This document shows, in pieces, positions 10,152-19,371 of a DNA stretch of 35,855 nt; within the stretch, counting starts at the first letter, position 1; each line of letters opens with the position of its first letter. Source of the DNA: Candidatus Bathyarchaeota archaeon (GTDB taxonomy: Archaea; Thermoproteota; Bathyarchaeia; Bathyarchaeales; Bathyarchaeaceae); assembly GCA_963697165.1 (NCBI GenBank), contig CAVOMX010000021.1, forward strand, positions 1 to 35,855, given 5' to 3'. The notes under the pieces were generated by a model. The model searched no databases and was not told the origin of the DNA. It worked only from the letters and a program-made list of their open reading frames with translations. The position numbers and the translations under genes are program-made.

Positions 10152-11226
10152 TTCGATAGGAAAAGAATTCGTTGTAACATGTTTCGGCGAAAGCCATGGC
10201 AGATGCGTTGGAGCAGTCATAGATGGGTGTCCAGCCGGTCTTCCCCTTGCAGAGGAGGATATCCAGAAGGAACTGGACAAACGGTTACCCAAAAAAGAGG
10301 AGATTGTTTCTGCCCGAAGAGAAGAAGACGCTGTTGAACTTCTCTCGGGAACTTATGAGGGCTTCACAACTGGTGCTCCAATCTGCGTTTTAGTGTGGAA
10401 CAAGGAGGTTATTTCTGACGATTACGATGCAATAAGGCATACTCCCAGACCCGGACACGCAGACTATCCCGCCAAGATCAAGTATTTAGGCTTCAATGAT
10501 CATCGCGGCGGAGGACGATTCTCGGGTAGAATCACAGTTGCTTTTGTTATGGCTGGTGCTATTGCCAAGAAGCTGCTACAACTCGCAGACATCCAAGTTC
10601 TGGCATACGCCACTGAGATTGGAGGCGTCAAAATGCTTGCTGTTCCATCCCTTGAGGATGTTCGGGAGAAGACTTACGAAAGCGCGGTAAGGTGTCCAGA
10701 TTCGAAGGTTGCTGTGAATATGGAGGAAACGATTCTGAAGGCGAAGAGTGAGGGTGACAGTGTGGGTGGAATTGTTGAGTGTGTAGCTTCTAACGTTTTG
10801 GCGGGGGTCGGTGAGCCTCTTTTTGATTCGTTGGATGCTGAGCTTGCGAAGATGCTTTTTGATATTCCAGCTGTTAAGGGTGTCGAGTTTGGTGTTGGAT
10901 TTGAGGCTGCTCGGTTGAAGGGTTCAGAGAATAATGATTCCTATGTGATGAGGGATGGAGAAATCAGGGCAGTAACCAATAATGCTGGTGGTGTTTTGGG
11001 TGGTTTATCGTCTGGGATGCCTATTGTGGTTAGGGTGGCTGTAAAGCCGACGCCTTCGATTTCGAAAGAGCAGAGGACTGTGGACATGTTGAATATGGCG
11101 GATACGACAGTTCAAGTGAAAGGCAGACATGATTCATGTATTGTGCCAAAGGCTGTTCCGGTTGTTGAGGCTTCTGTTGCTATTGTTTTGGTTGATCAGC
11201 TGCTTAGAGCAGGTTTGACTACCTAA
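10135..11226 (+). CDS. aroC: Chorismate synthase
   Basis: FGESHG, RPGHAD, GGGRFSGR, IPAVKGVEFG, GRHDSC. A possible extra base near 11218 would extend the C-terminus (LPKVLG...) to 11275. Confidence 0.96.
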   Translation: MSLVSNSIGKEFVVTCFGESHGRCVGAVIDGCPAGLPLAEEDIQKELDKRLPKKEEIVSARREEDAVELLSGTYEGFTTGAPICVLVWNKEVISDDYDAIRHTPRPGHADYPAKIKYLGFNDHRGGGRFSGRITVAFVMAGAIAKKLLQLADIQVLAYATEIGGVKMLAVPSLEDVREKTYESAVRCPDSKVAVNMEETILKAKSEGDSVGGIVECVASNVLAGVGEPLFDSLDAELAKMLFDIPAVKGVEFGVGFEAARLKGSENNDSYVMRDGEIRAVTNNAGGVLGGLSSGMPIVVRVAVKPTPSISKEQRTVDMLNMADTTVQVKGRHDSCIVPKAVPVVEASVAIVLVDQLLRAGLTT

Positions 11227-11237
11227 AGTGTTGGGAG

Positions 11238-11513
11238 TTGAGGCTGTTGGAGAATATAGTGACATTACGGAATAAGATTGATGCAATCGATGCAAAGATT
11301 GTACTTCTGTTGAAAGATCGGATGGAAATCTGTAAAAGTATTGGGGCTGTCAAAGTAAAAAATGGTTTAGCGGTTAAGGATCATCGGAGAGAAGATGCAG
11401 TTTATTTGCATGTCATGGCAAAGGCGCTGGAGTCAGGTCTTGATCCACAAAAAGTAGAAGCAATCTTCAAAGATATAATTGCTTTGGGCGTCTTTGTTCA
11501 AGGTGCCGAATGA
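11238..11513 (+). CDS. Chorismate mutase (AroQ, type II)
   Basis: LRNKIDAIDAKIVLLLKDR...IGAVK...DHRRE pattern and operon context. Confidence 0.88.
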   Translation: MRLLENIVTLRNKIDAIDAKIVLLLKDRMEICKSIGAVKVKNGLAVKDHRREDAVYLHVMAKALESGLDPQKVEAIFKDIIALGVFVQGAE

Positions 11514-11587
11514 GAAGATTTAAAGCGGTATTACACAATTCTTGATGAGAAAAAATAGTCGTTCTTTCTCTCTTGGAGTTGAGTAAG

Positions 11588-12660
11588 ATGCTATATGAAA
11601 TAAGCGAAAAAGCGATGCAACTTGAGAATCAGGGAAAAGAGGATTATCAAGTTTAATCTAGGTGACCCTGACCTGCCGACTCCGCCTGAAATAGTTGAGG
11701 CTGCATACGTGGCTATGAAGCAAGGAAAAACGAAGTATTCTTCTGCGGCTGGCGAGAAGGAGCTGCGTGAGGAATTGGCTAGAGATTCATGGTGTGTCTG
11801 TGGACAATGTTGTGGTGACCACTGGTTCAAAGTGGGCAATTTTTTCTTGATGTTTCTGTTTTGAAGAAGGCGAGAATGTTGTTGTTCCGTCTCCTCACTG
11901 GACAAGTTACGAGTTAGCCGCAAAGAAGGTTGGGGCTGAAATTCGGTTTTTGAAGAGCGACCTTGCGTCTGACTGGAAGGTTGACGCTGATCAGCTTGAG
12001 GCATTGATTGATGAAGATACGCGGATGATAATACTGAATAGCCCTAACAATCCGACAAGCAAGGTTATTGATGACAAAACTTTCGGTAAGATTGTTCAGG
12101 TAGCACAAAACAAGGGCGTTACTGTTTTGTCGGATGAGGTTTACTCGGACATCAGTTTCGTGAAGACTAAATCTATTCTAGATTTTGGGGAAGATAATAT
12201 TCTGGTGAGCGGGTTTTCTAAATCGTTTTTGATGACTGGATGGAGAATCGGATACGCTGTTGTTGAGAAGGAGCTGGCTAAGCGAATGATTAAGCTGAAC
12301 CAGATAACCACAACCTGTGTTCCAGCGTTTATCCAGTACGGCGCTTTGAAGGGTTTGGAGTCTAGGAAAAAGATTGCGGATGATATCAGGACCGAGTTTA
12401 AAGTTAGGGCAGATGTTGCTTACTCTGTTCTTTCGAAGTCAAAGATGAAGTTTTCTCGACCTGATGCCCCATTTTATCTATTTCCTAAGGTTGATGGCTT
12501 GGATTCTGAACGTTTCGCCTTGGATCTTCTGGACAAGGGAGTTGCTGTGGCTCCAGGAACCGCATTTGGAGATTACCGAGAATACTTTAGGATAGCCTTA
12601 ACTGTTGGCGAGCAAAAGATTAGAGAGGGCTTGAAGAAGCTCTGTGAGGCTCTACCTTGA
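11588..12660 (+). CDS. Class I/II PLP aminotransferase (aspartate/aromatic); several frameshifts at 11630-11870
   Basis: ATG 11588 MLYEISEKA..., FNLGDPD, VVVTTGSKWA, PSPHWTSY, LNSPNNPT, SDEVY, GFSKSFLMTGWRIGY distributed over changing frames. Confidence 0.85.
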
Positions 12661-13526
12661 GAGTAGCGGTTATTGGCGCGGGAAAGATGGGTCGATGGTT
12701 CACAAGATTCTTTAAGACTGAAGGATTTTCGGTAGTTGTTTCTAGCCGAACCAAAAGCAAAGCAGAGGCGTTAAAGGCTGAGTTTGGGGTTGAGGTAGCC
12801 CGTAACAACGTGGAGGCTCTTGATGGCTCTGATTGGATTCTGTTGTGCATGTCCTTGGATGGCCTAGAGCCTGTCCTAAAGGAGATTGGCTCTCAAGTGC
12901 GCCCCGATCAGGTTGTTATGGACATCGGTTCTATCAAGGAGATTCCCGTGAATCTGCTGCACCAACATGTGGAACATGGAGTTACATTGGGAACACATCC
13001 TGTGTTTGGTCCCGGCGCAAGAAGCCTTGAGGGACAAAACTTTGTTCTTACTCCAGTAGGCACTGAGGAGAAACGGTTTGCTGACGAGTTCATGGGCTGG
13101 CTGGAGAAACATGGAGCGAAGGTGTCTGTTTTGTCGCCTAGAAAGCATGATGAGTTGATGTCTATGGTTTTGGGTTTTCCTCATTTTGTGGGCTTGGTTG
13201 CCGGTGACACGCTGATGGATAATGCTAACTTTGTTGATGCGAAAGCGGTGGGTGGAGCCAGCTATAAGCTCTTGTTGACTTTGGCTGAGGCTGTATCTTC
13301 TGAGGAGCCGCATTTCTATTCGAATCTTCACATGAGCTTGCCTGAGATGGAAAAGATTGAGGGCTTATTCTTGGAGAAAGTAGAAGAGTGGCTCAAGCTG
13401 GTGAAAAGTAAAGATTGTTCAGGTTTCTCTGGTAAGATGGGACATGTTAAGAAGCGATTGCAGGAATTAGACCCTGAATATGAGCGGTATTATAGGCTTA
13501 TGTATCGGCTTTTGGATGATTTCTAG
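12657..13526 (+). CDS. tyrA: Prephenate/arogenate dehydrogenase
   Basis: IGAGKMG, DIGSIK, HPVFGP, HDELMS. Confidence 0.92.
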   Translation: MRVAVIGAGKMGRWFTRFFKTEGFSVVVSSRTKSKAEALKAEFGVEVARNNVEALDGSDWILLCMSLDGLEPVLKEIGSQVRPDQVVMDIGSIKEIPVNLLHQHVEHGVTLGTHPVFGPGARSLEGQNFVLTPVGTEEKRFADEFMGWLEKHGAKVSVLSPRKHDELMSMVLGFPHFVGLVAGDTLMDNANFVDAKAVGGASYKLLLTLAEAVSSEEPHFYSNLHMSLPEMEKIEGLFLEKVEEWLKLVKSKDCSGFSGKMGHVKKRLQELDPEYERYYRLMYRLLDDF

Positions 13527-14362
13527 AGTTTGATGTTTTGTTTTTTGGCTGCCTTGTAGGAGCCCAAAATTTTTATGAATATTGTTTTGTCTTTGATGCT
13601 TTCTAGTGCTTCTTGGCATTTTGTTTCGGTTCTGTGTCCCTCAAAGTCTAGGTAGAAGTGGTACTCCCATGGGGTCTGTTTGGTGGGTCTAGATTCTATC
13701 TTTGTTAGGTTTATGTTCCTGTCAGAAAATTCTTTGAGAACCTTATAGAGGGCTCCGGGGATCGATTTGGCTGCAAAAATTATCGAGGTTTTGTCTTCTC
13801 CAGAGTAGTGCGAATCCTGCTTGTCTATAACAAAGAATCTGGTAGAATTGTTTTTGATGTCCTCTATTTCTCTTTCTAGTATGGTCATGTCGTAGATTTG
13901 GGCTGCTCTTTCGCTGGCTATTGCTGCTGCGTCCATCATACTTTCTTCTTTAATCATCTTAACGCTGCCTGCAGTGTCGAAGGTAGAGATTGCCTTGAGT
14001 TTATGTTGTTCTAGAAATTTTCTGCATTGAGCTAGGGCTTGGGGGTGACTATAGACTGTTTCTATCGAGTCTATGCTGGTTCCTTTGTGGGCTATGAGAC
14101 AGTGGCTGATTCTGATGATTATTTCACCGCAAACTTTGAGGTCATATTCTAAAAACAGATCGTAGGTGCGGTTTACGCTACCCTCGATAGAGTTTTCAAT
14201 TGGAACAACCCCGTAGTCTACTTCTCCAGTTTTGACGCTTTTGAAGACGGCACCAAAATTTTTGCAGGGCTTCACAATTGCAGACTGACCAAAAAAACTG
14301 TAAACTGCACTCTCACTATAAGCACCAAGCTCACCCTGAAAAGCAACCCGCAACACAAACAC
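13523..14362 (-). CDS. pheA: Prephenate dehydratase with ACT domain
   Basis: FQGELGAYSE, PIENSIEGSV, SHPQALAQC, NSTRF, INLTKIESRP. Confidence 0.95.
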   Translation of the reverse strand: MFVLRVAFQGELGAYSESAVYSFFGQSAIVKPCKNFGAVFKSVKTGEVDYGVVPIENSIEGSVNRTYDLFLEYDLKVCGEIIIRISHCLIAHKGTSIDSIETVYSHPQALAQCRKFLEQHKLKAISTFDTAGSVKMIKEESMMDAAAIASERAAQIYDMTILEREIEDIKNNSTRFFVIDKQDSHYSGEDKTSIIFAAKSIPGALYKVLKEFSDRNINLTKIESRPTKQTPWEYHFYLDFEGHRTETKCQEALESIKDKTIFIKILGSYKAAKKQNIKL

Positions 14363-14737
14363 ACCGTTAATTATCTGGAAGCGAAGCCAAAATAAAACAC
14401 TTTACCACAAAAACCAGCATGAATACTAGCATTTTTTCTTTTTCAAAGATAGCCTTTTAATTTTAACTCCCCAAACACACCGAGACGCCTGCACGTGTAC
14501 ACGTGTACGTGTGTTTACACCCGCTCTCTTTCTCTATTGCCTATTCTCTTTCACCCGCCGCAAAGAAAATAAAAACCAACCCAAAAATAAGATGCACGCG
14601 CATCCGCAGCCACTAGTCTTATAAAAATTAAAACCACATTTGAACTATAGACCGATTAATAATTTTACGAAATTCGCAAACAATTCTGATTTTTTCCAAG
14701 CAAAGAACAAATACTTAATACAATTACCACATTCGTT

Positions 14738-15157
14738 ATGTATATGCAACAGGAATCCGAAACAGCCAACAAAACAAAAGCCAGCCAAAAACTTGTCCGT
14801 GCACTCTTATTTGTTGCAGGGACAATCTCTCTTTCCCTTGGAGCCATCGGAATAGTGTTGCCTGTTTTGCCAACCACGCCCTTCCTGTTGCTTGCTTTAG
14901 CCTGCTACTTCAGAAGTTCAGAGCGGATGACCCGCTGGATGCTAACTAACAGGTATTTTGGAAAATACATCCAAAGATACAAGGAAGGCAAAGGAATCCC
15001 CCTGAAAACAAAACTATTCGCAATAATATTTTTATGGACTGCAATAGTTTACTCCGCAATTTTCATTGTTCCAATTTGGATAGCACAAATAATCATGTTC
15101 GCAGTCGCAGCTGCAGTAACAATACACCTGACTAGACTGCCAACATATAATCACTAA
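14738..15157 (+). CDS. YbaN/DUF454 family membrane protein
   Basis: LGAIGIVLPVLPTTPFLLLALACYFRSS motif. Confidence 0.85.
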   Translation: MYMQQESETANKTKASQKLVRALLFVAGTISLSLGAIGIVLPVLPTTPFLLLALACYFRSSERMTRWMLTNRYFGKYIQRYKEGKGIPLKTKLFAIIFLWTAIVYSAIFIVPIWIAQIIMFAVAAAVTIHLTRLPTYNH

Positions 15158-15181
15158 ACATATGTGGAACGAAAAAGTTTG

Positions 15182-16318
15182 CTACTGATCGATTATTTGT
15201 TTTCTTGGTCTTTGCCTTTTTACAAAATCAGGCAACTTCGTTAACGATTTCTTTAACACTTCAATGCTATCCAAGTATTCTTGTATGTCAATGTGCTCAT
15301 TGGGTGTGTGATCTAGCCGCGAGTCTCCGGGTCCATACGTAACCACCGGAATCTTTAACACATTACCCAGAACATTCATGTCTCCTGTACCCGTCTTCCT
15401 TGAGAAAGAGGCATAATTTAGTGTTGTTTTTCTTATACCCCAAGCCAAAGCACGTACAATCACGGATCTGCGGTCAGCCTCAAATGCTTTGGCAACATCC
15501 ACCATCTCCACACTAACAGTAACCTTCGGGTTAGTCGACTTGTATCTGTCAATTTTCCGCTTTACCTCCTCAAACACCTGCTCGGGAGCAAGTTGAGGCG
15601 GAATCCGCAACTGAATAAGAATCTCACAATAAGACGGAATAAACGAAGCAGAACTGTTGCCACCCTTTATCCCAGTCAAACATGAAGTGATCGAATAGAA
15701 GCGGCTCTTCAGTTTCTCCTCCCGCATATGAAGCCTGTTAATCTGCCTCCAAAACTCCATTGCCTTCTCAATTGCATTTTCAAACAACCACGGAGCAGCA
15801 GAATGACCCGAAGGAGTCTCAACAGTAATCTTCACAGTCAAAATGCCCTTATAGCCAAAAACAACCTTCTCCAAGCCGCTTGGCTCACCAAAAATGGCGT
15901 AATCAGGCTGTATGCCTTCTTCGACAAAATGCTGTATGCCTTTTCCTGAGCCCTCCTCATCAACCACGCCAACAACAAGAATCTTACCCGGAAAGCCATC
16001 CTTAACAAACTTGGAAGCAGCAACAATCATTGCTGCTAAAGGGCCTTTCGCATCTACAGAGCCCCTACCATATAGTTGTCCATCCTCAACATGAACAGGA
16101 ATCTCTCCCTCAACAGTATCCATGTGCCCACACAGCAAAATAATAGGAGAGCCCTCACCAACCTCGCCTATAACGTTTCCAACTTTGTCCCTGTTAACAC
16201 GAAAACCAAGCTTCTTCATCTCATCAGCCAAGAACAGGGAAATCTCCTCTTCATTGCCCGAAGGACTGTAGATCTTTATCATACGCGTCAGCAAATCAAT
16301 CGCATAATCGTCGCTCAT
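15182..16318 (-). CDS. lysK: [LysW]-lysine/ornithine hydrolase (M20 family)
   Basis: YSPSGNE, GHMDTV, GRGSVDAKG, GEPSG, GTGDMN, YGPGDS..DHTPNEH. Start at ATG 16318 overlapping the lysJ stop. Confidence 0.9.
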   Translation of the reverse strand: MSDDYAIDLLTRMIKIYSPSGNEEEISLFLADEMKKLGFRVNRDKVGNVIGEVGEGSPIILLCGHMDTVEGEIPVHVEDGQLYGRGSVDAKGPLAAMIVAASKFVKDGFPGKILVVGVVDEEGSGKGIQHFVEEGIQPDYAIFGEPSGLEKVVFGYKGILTVKITVETPSGHSAAPWLFENAIEKAMEFWRQINRLHMREEKLKSRFYSITSCLTGIKGGNSSASFIPSYCEILIQLRIPPQLAPEQVFEEVKRKIDRYKSTNPKVTVSVEMVDVAKAFEADRRSVIVRALAWGIRKTTLNYASFSRKTGTGDMNVLGNVLKIPVVTYGPGDSRLDHTPNEHIDIQEYLDSIEVLKKSLTKLPDFVKRQRPRKQIIDQ

Positions 16319-17499
16319 TTGTTCTCCTTCTCCATAGCCGCATCCAGAACCTCTACTACAGTGTCGATTTGCTTCTTCTCGATAACCAGCGGCGGCAGAA
16401 ACCTTACAACGTTCCTTCCAGCATCCAAAACAAGAACACCCTTGTCCATGCAATCAAGCAGTATATTGTAAACGTCAAATCGCAACTCCATCCCAAGCAT
16501 GAGACCTAAACCGCGAACCTCCCTGACAATCTTATATTTCTCGGCTAGCGTCTCCAGCTTGCCCTTGAAATAGTTTCCATGGGTTGCAGCCCGCTCAGGA
16601 AGTTTCTCCTCAATTAGTACATCTATTGCAGCAGAAGCCGCGGCACAAACCAGCGGATTACCGCTAAACGTGCTAGAATGGTCTCCACGCTGAAAAGCCG
16701 TCATAACATCTTCTCTCGCAAACGTTGCTCCCATAGGCAAACCGCCCGCAACAGACTTTGCAAGACACATAATGTCAGGAACAACATTCCAGTGCTCGCA
16801 GGCGAAAACTTTTCCTGTGCGACCAAAACCAGTCTGCACCTCATCAAAGATTAGCAGAACATCTTTTTCGTCACAAATTTCTCGCAATCCAGGAAGAAAA
16901 TCGTCTGACGGAAGCAGAACTCCGCCCTCTCCCCTGATAGGCTCCACAAGAACCGCAGCGGTTTTGTCTGTAATAGCTGCTTTCATTTTTTCAAGATTGT
17001 TTGGAGGAACATGATTGAACCCCGGAACCAAAGGCATGAATGGATCACGATACTTCTTTTTCCAAGTTGCAGAAAGCGCACCCATAGTCTTACCATGAAA
17101 CGCACCCATCATGGCAACAATCTCAGGCTTACCCGAATATTTTCGAGCTAACTTGATGGCGCACTCGACTGATTCGGCGCCGCTGTTCGAAAGAAAAACC
17201 CTATCAAGTCCCTTAGGGGCTATCCCAATTAGCTTCTTTAGCATCTCTGATCGGGCATCGTTATAGAATGATGCGTGACAGGCGATCAGCTTTTCCACTT
17301 GCTTTTGTACCGCTTCAACAACTCTTGGGTGACAGTGACCAACAACAGCGACTCCATAGCTGCCTGTGCAGTCTATGTATTCGTTGCCGTTGATGTCCCA
17401 AACTAGGGCTCCCTTACCCCTTGTGATAACACGGTCTCTTTTGGCGAACGTGTTTGCCATAATTTTTTCTTCAAGATCAACTATTTCTTTTTCATTCAC
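16315..17499 (-). CDS. lysJ: [LysW]-aminoadipate/glutamate semialdehyde transaminase
   Basis: NSGAESVE, FHGKTMG, FDEVQTGFGRTG, LAKSVAGG, TFSGNP and cluster context. Confidence 0.9.
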   Translation of the reverse strand: MNEKEIVDLEEKIMANTFAKRDRVITRGKGALVWDINGNEYIDCTGSYGVAVVGHCHPRVVEAVQKQVEKLIACHASFYNDARSEMLKKLIGIAPKGLDRVFLSNSGAESVECAIKLARKYSGKPEIVAMMGAFHGKTMGALSATWKKKYRDPFMPLVPGFNHVPPNNLEKMKAAITDKTAAVLVEPIRGEGGVLLPSDDFLPGLREICDEKDVLLIFDEVQTGFGRTGKVFACEHWNVVPDIMCLAKSVAGGLPMGATFAREDVMTAFQRGDHSSTFSGNPLVCAAASAAIDVLIEEKLPERAATHGNYFKGKLETLAEKYKIVREVRGLGLMLGMELRFDVYNILLDCMDKGVLVLDAGRNVVRFLPPLVIEKKQIDTVVEVLDAAMEKENK

Positions 17500-18298
17500 T
17501 ACTTATCACCGTACCACTTTCATGCTTCAACGCAGAAGAAATTGGATTCTTCCTGACGCCCGAGCAGATAATCACTTCGTCAACACCACTTTTGAGTGCT
17601 TCCTGAGCCGCGTAAACTTTCGTTATCATGCCGCCTCCAATTTTTTTAAGCTTCTTTTCAACGTCAGAAGCAGACATGTTTGACACCAGTTTGCCATCCA
17701 ACATTAAGCCTTCCACGTCAGTTAACAGAACTAGCTTGTCAGCCTTCAAAGCTCCAGCGATGTTGGCTGCGGTTCGGTCAGCATCTACGTTGAGGGGCTC
17801 AAACTCTTCGCTCACCGCAACTGGAGAAACCAATGGCACATAACCGTTCTCAAGTAATAGCTTTAGCAGAGAGGTGTTAACTTGAGTAACCTTTCCTGTG
17901 TATCCGCCGTCGATTACCCGTTTTCTGCCTCGATCATCAACTACAATTAGCCGCTTCTTTCGTTCTGCCCGCAAAAGATACCCATCCAAACCTGAGAGGC
18001 CCACAACAGGTATGTTCTGCTTCTGAAGGGCGGAAACGAGTTTCTTGTTTATTTTGCCGGCCATAACCATTGTGAAGATTTCCATTGTCTCCTTGTCTGT
18101 GTATCTGCTGCGAAAACCAGTTGGCGAGAACACGAACTGCTGTTCCTTGCCTAGTTTTGAGGCTATTTCTGTGACGCCTTTTCCTCCGCCATGAACCAGA
18201 ACCAGTTGGTTACCTGAGAGAACATTCTTTATGTCTGATACTATTTCGAGTGGCACCTCTTTGAGGATGCTCCCACCAACCTTAACTACAATCAGCAT
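17492..18298 (-). CDS. lysZ: [LysW]-aminoadipate/glutamate kinase
   Basis: VVKVGG, VHGGG, SRYTD, GGYTGKV, LNVDADR, GGGM. Confidence 0.9.
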   Translation of the reverse strand: MLIVVKVGGSILKEVPLEIVSDIKNVLSGNQLVLVHGGGKGVTEIASKLGKEQQFVFSPTGFRSRYTDKETMEIFTMVMAGKINKKLVSALQKQNIPVVGLSGLDGYLLRAERKKRLIVVDDRGRKRVIDGGYTGKVTQVNTSLLKLLLENGYVPLVSPVAVSEEFEPLNVDADRTAANIAGALKADKLVLLTDVEGLMLDGKLVSNMSASDVEKKLKKIGGGMITKVYAAQEALKSGVDEVIICSGVRKNPISSALKHESGTVISSE

Positions 18299-18307
18299 CT
18301 TTTTTTA

Positions 18308-19360
18308 TCACATCGGATGATAACCTTGACATTCTAACCCAGTTGTTTCGTCTAAACCGAGCATAACATTCATACACTGAACCCCTTGACCAGAAGCGCC
18401 CCTCATGAGGTTGTCAATCGCAGAAAACGCGATTATCCTCTTTGTGCGTGGATCTAACTCGAAGCCGATGTCAACATAGTTTGTTCCCATCGTAATTTTG
18501 GGGTCTGGCAGCTGATATGGGCCTTTCTTGAATTTTACAAAGCGTATGAAATGTTCGTTTTGATACTGGGAACGGTAAAGTTTCCAGACGTCTTTTGTGT
18601 CTAGGGGCTTCTTTAGGAAAGCGTGAATTGTTGAAAGTATGCCCCTGATCATGTTTACTGCGTGGGGCGTGAAAGAGACGGTTACTTTTTCGTCTGTTAG
18701 CAGGTTAAGTTCCTGTTCGACCTCTGCTATGTGCCTGTGATCTGCTACTTTGTAGGGTCTTACGCCTCCAGCTCTTTCAGGATGATGAGACGTAACTGTG
18801 GGTTTTTGGCCTGCACCAGAAGAACCAATCTTCACGTCAGCAACTATCCTGTTTTTTTCGATTACGCCAGCCCTTACTAGAGGAGCCAATCCCAGAATCG
18901 TGGCTGTGGACATGCATCCTGGACAGCCTATCAGTTTTGCATTCTTTATTTCTTCGCGGTGAAGCTCAGGTAAACCGTAAACTGCTTCCTTTAGTAGTTC
19001 TGGATATGTGTGTTTCCATCCGTACCATTTGTCGTAATCTTCTGGGTTGTTCAGGCGGTAATCTGCGCTCATGTCGATAACTTTTACTCCTGTTTCGAGT
19101 AGCTGTGGAACTAGGTTCACTGATTTGCCGTGGGGCATCGCAGCAAACACTAAGTCGCAGTTGTCTGTAACTTGGGTGATGTTTGGGGGAGTAAATTTTA
19201 GTTGGGTTGCTGCTCTGAGGTTTGGGTGAACGGTGAAAATGTATTCGCCTGCGTTTGCGCGGGATGTTACTGTGGTCAATTCTACTTTGGGGTGGGGGAG
19301 TAACAGTCTTACAAGTTCTCCGCCTACGTATCCTGAACCGCCAATTACTCCAACTCTCAT
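18308..19360 (-). CDS. lysY: [LysW]-aminoadipyl/glutamyl-phosphate reductase
   Basis: GGSGYVG, DMSADYR, PGCMST, GSSGAG, HRHIAE, IDNLMRGASGQ. Confidence 0.9.
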   Translation of the reverse strand: MRVGVIGGSGYVGGELVRLLLPHPKVELTTVTSRANAGEYIFTVHPNLRAATQLKFTPPNITQVTDNCDLVFAAMPHGKSVNLVPQLLETGVKVIDMSADYRLNNPEDYDKWYGWKHTYPELLKEAVYGLPELHREEIKNAKLIGCPGCMSTATILGLAPLVRAGVIEKNRIVADVKIGSSGAGQKPTVTSHHPERAGGVRPYKVADHRHIAEVEQELNLLTDEKVTVSFTPHAVNMIRGILSTIHAFLKKPLDTKDVWKLYRSQYQNEHFIRFVKFKKGPYQLPDPKITMGTNYVDIGFELDPRTKRIIAFSAIDNLMRGASGQGVQCMNVMLGLDETTGLECQGYHPM

Positions 19361-19371
19361 TGTTATCTCCT

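Noticed and set aside
4589..12660. Pseudogenised or programmed-frameshift aromatic operon
   Set aside because: No shared slippery motif, no other decay, and similar indels occur in unrelated genes, so sequencing error is more likely.
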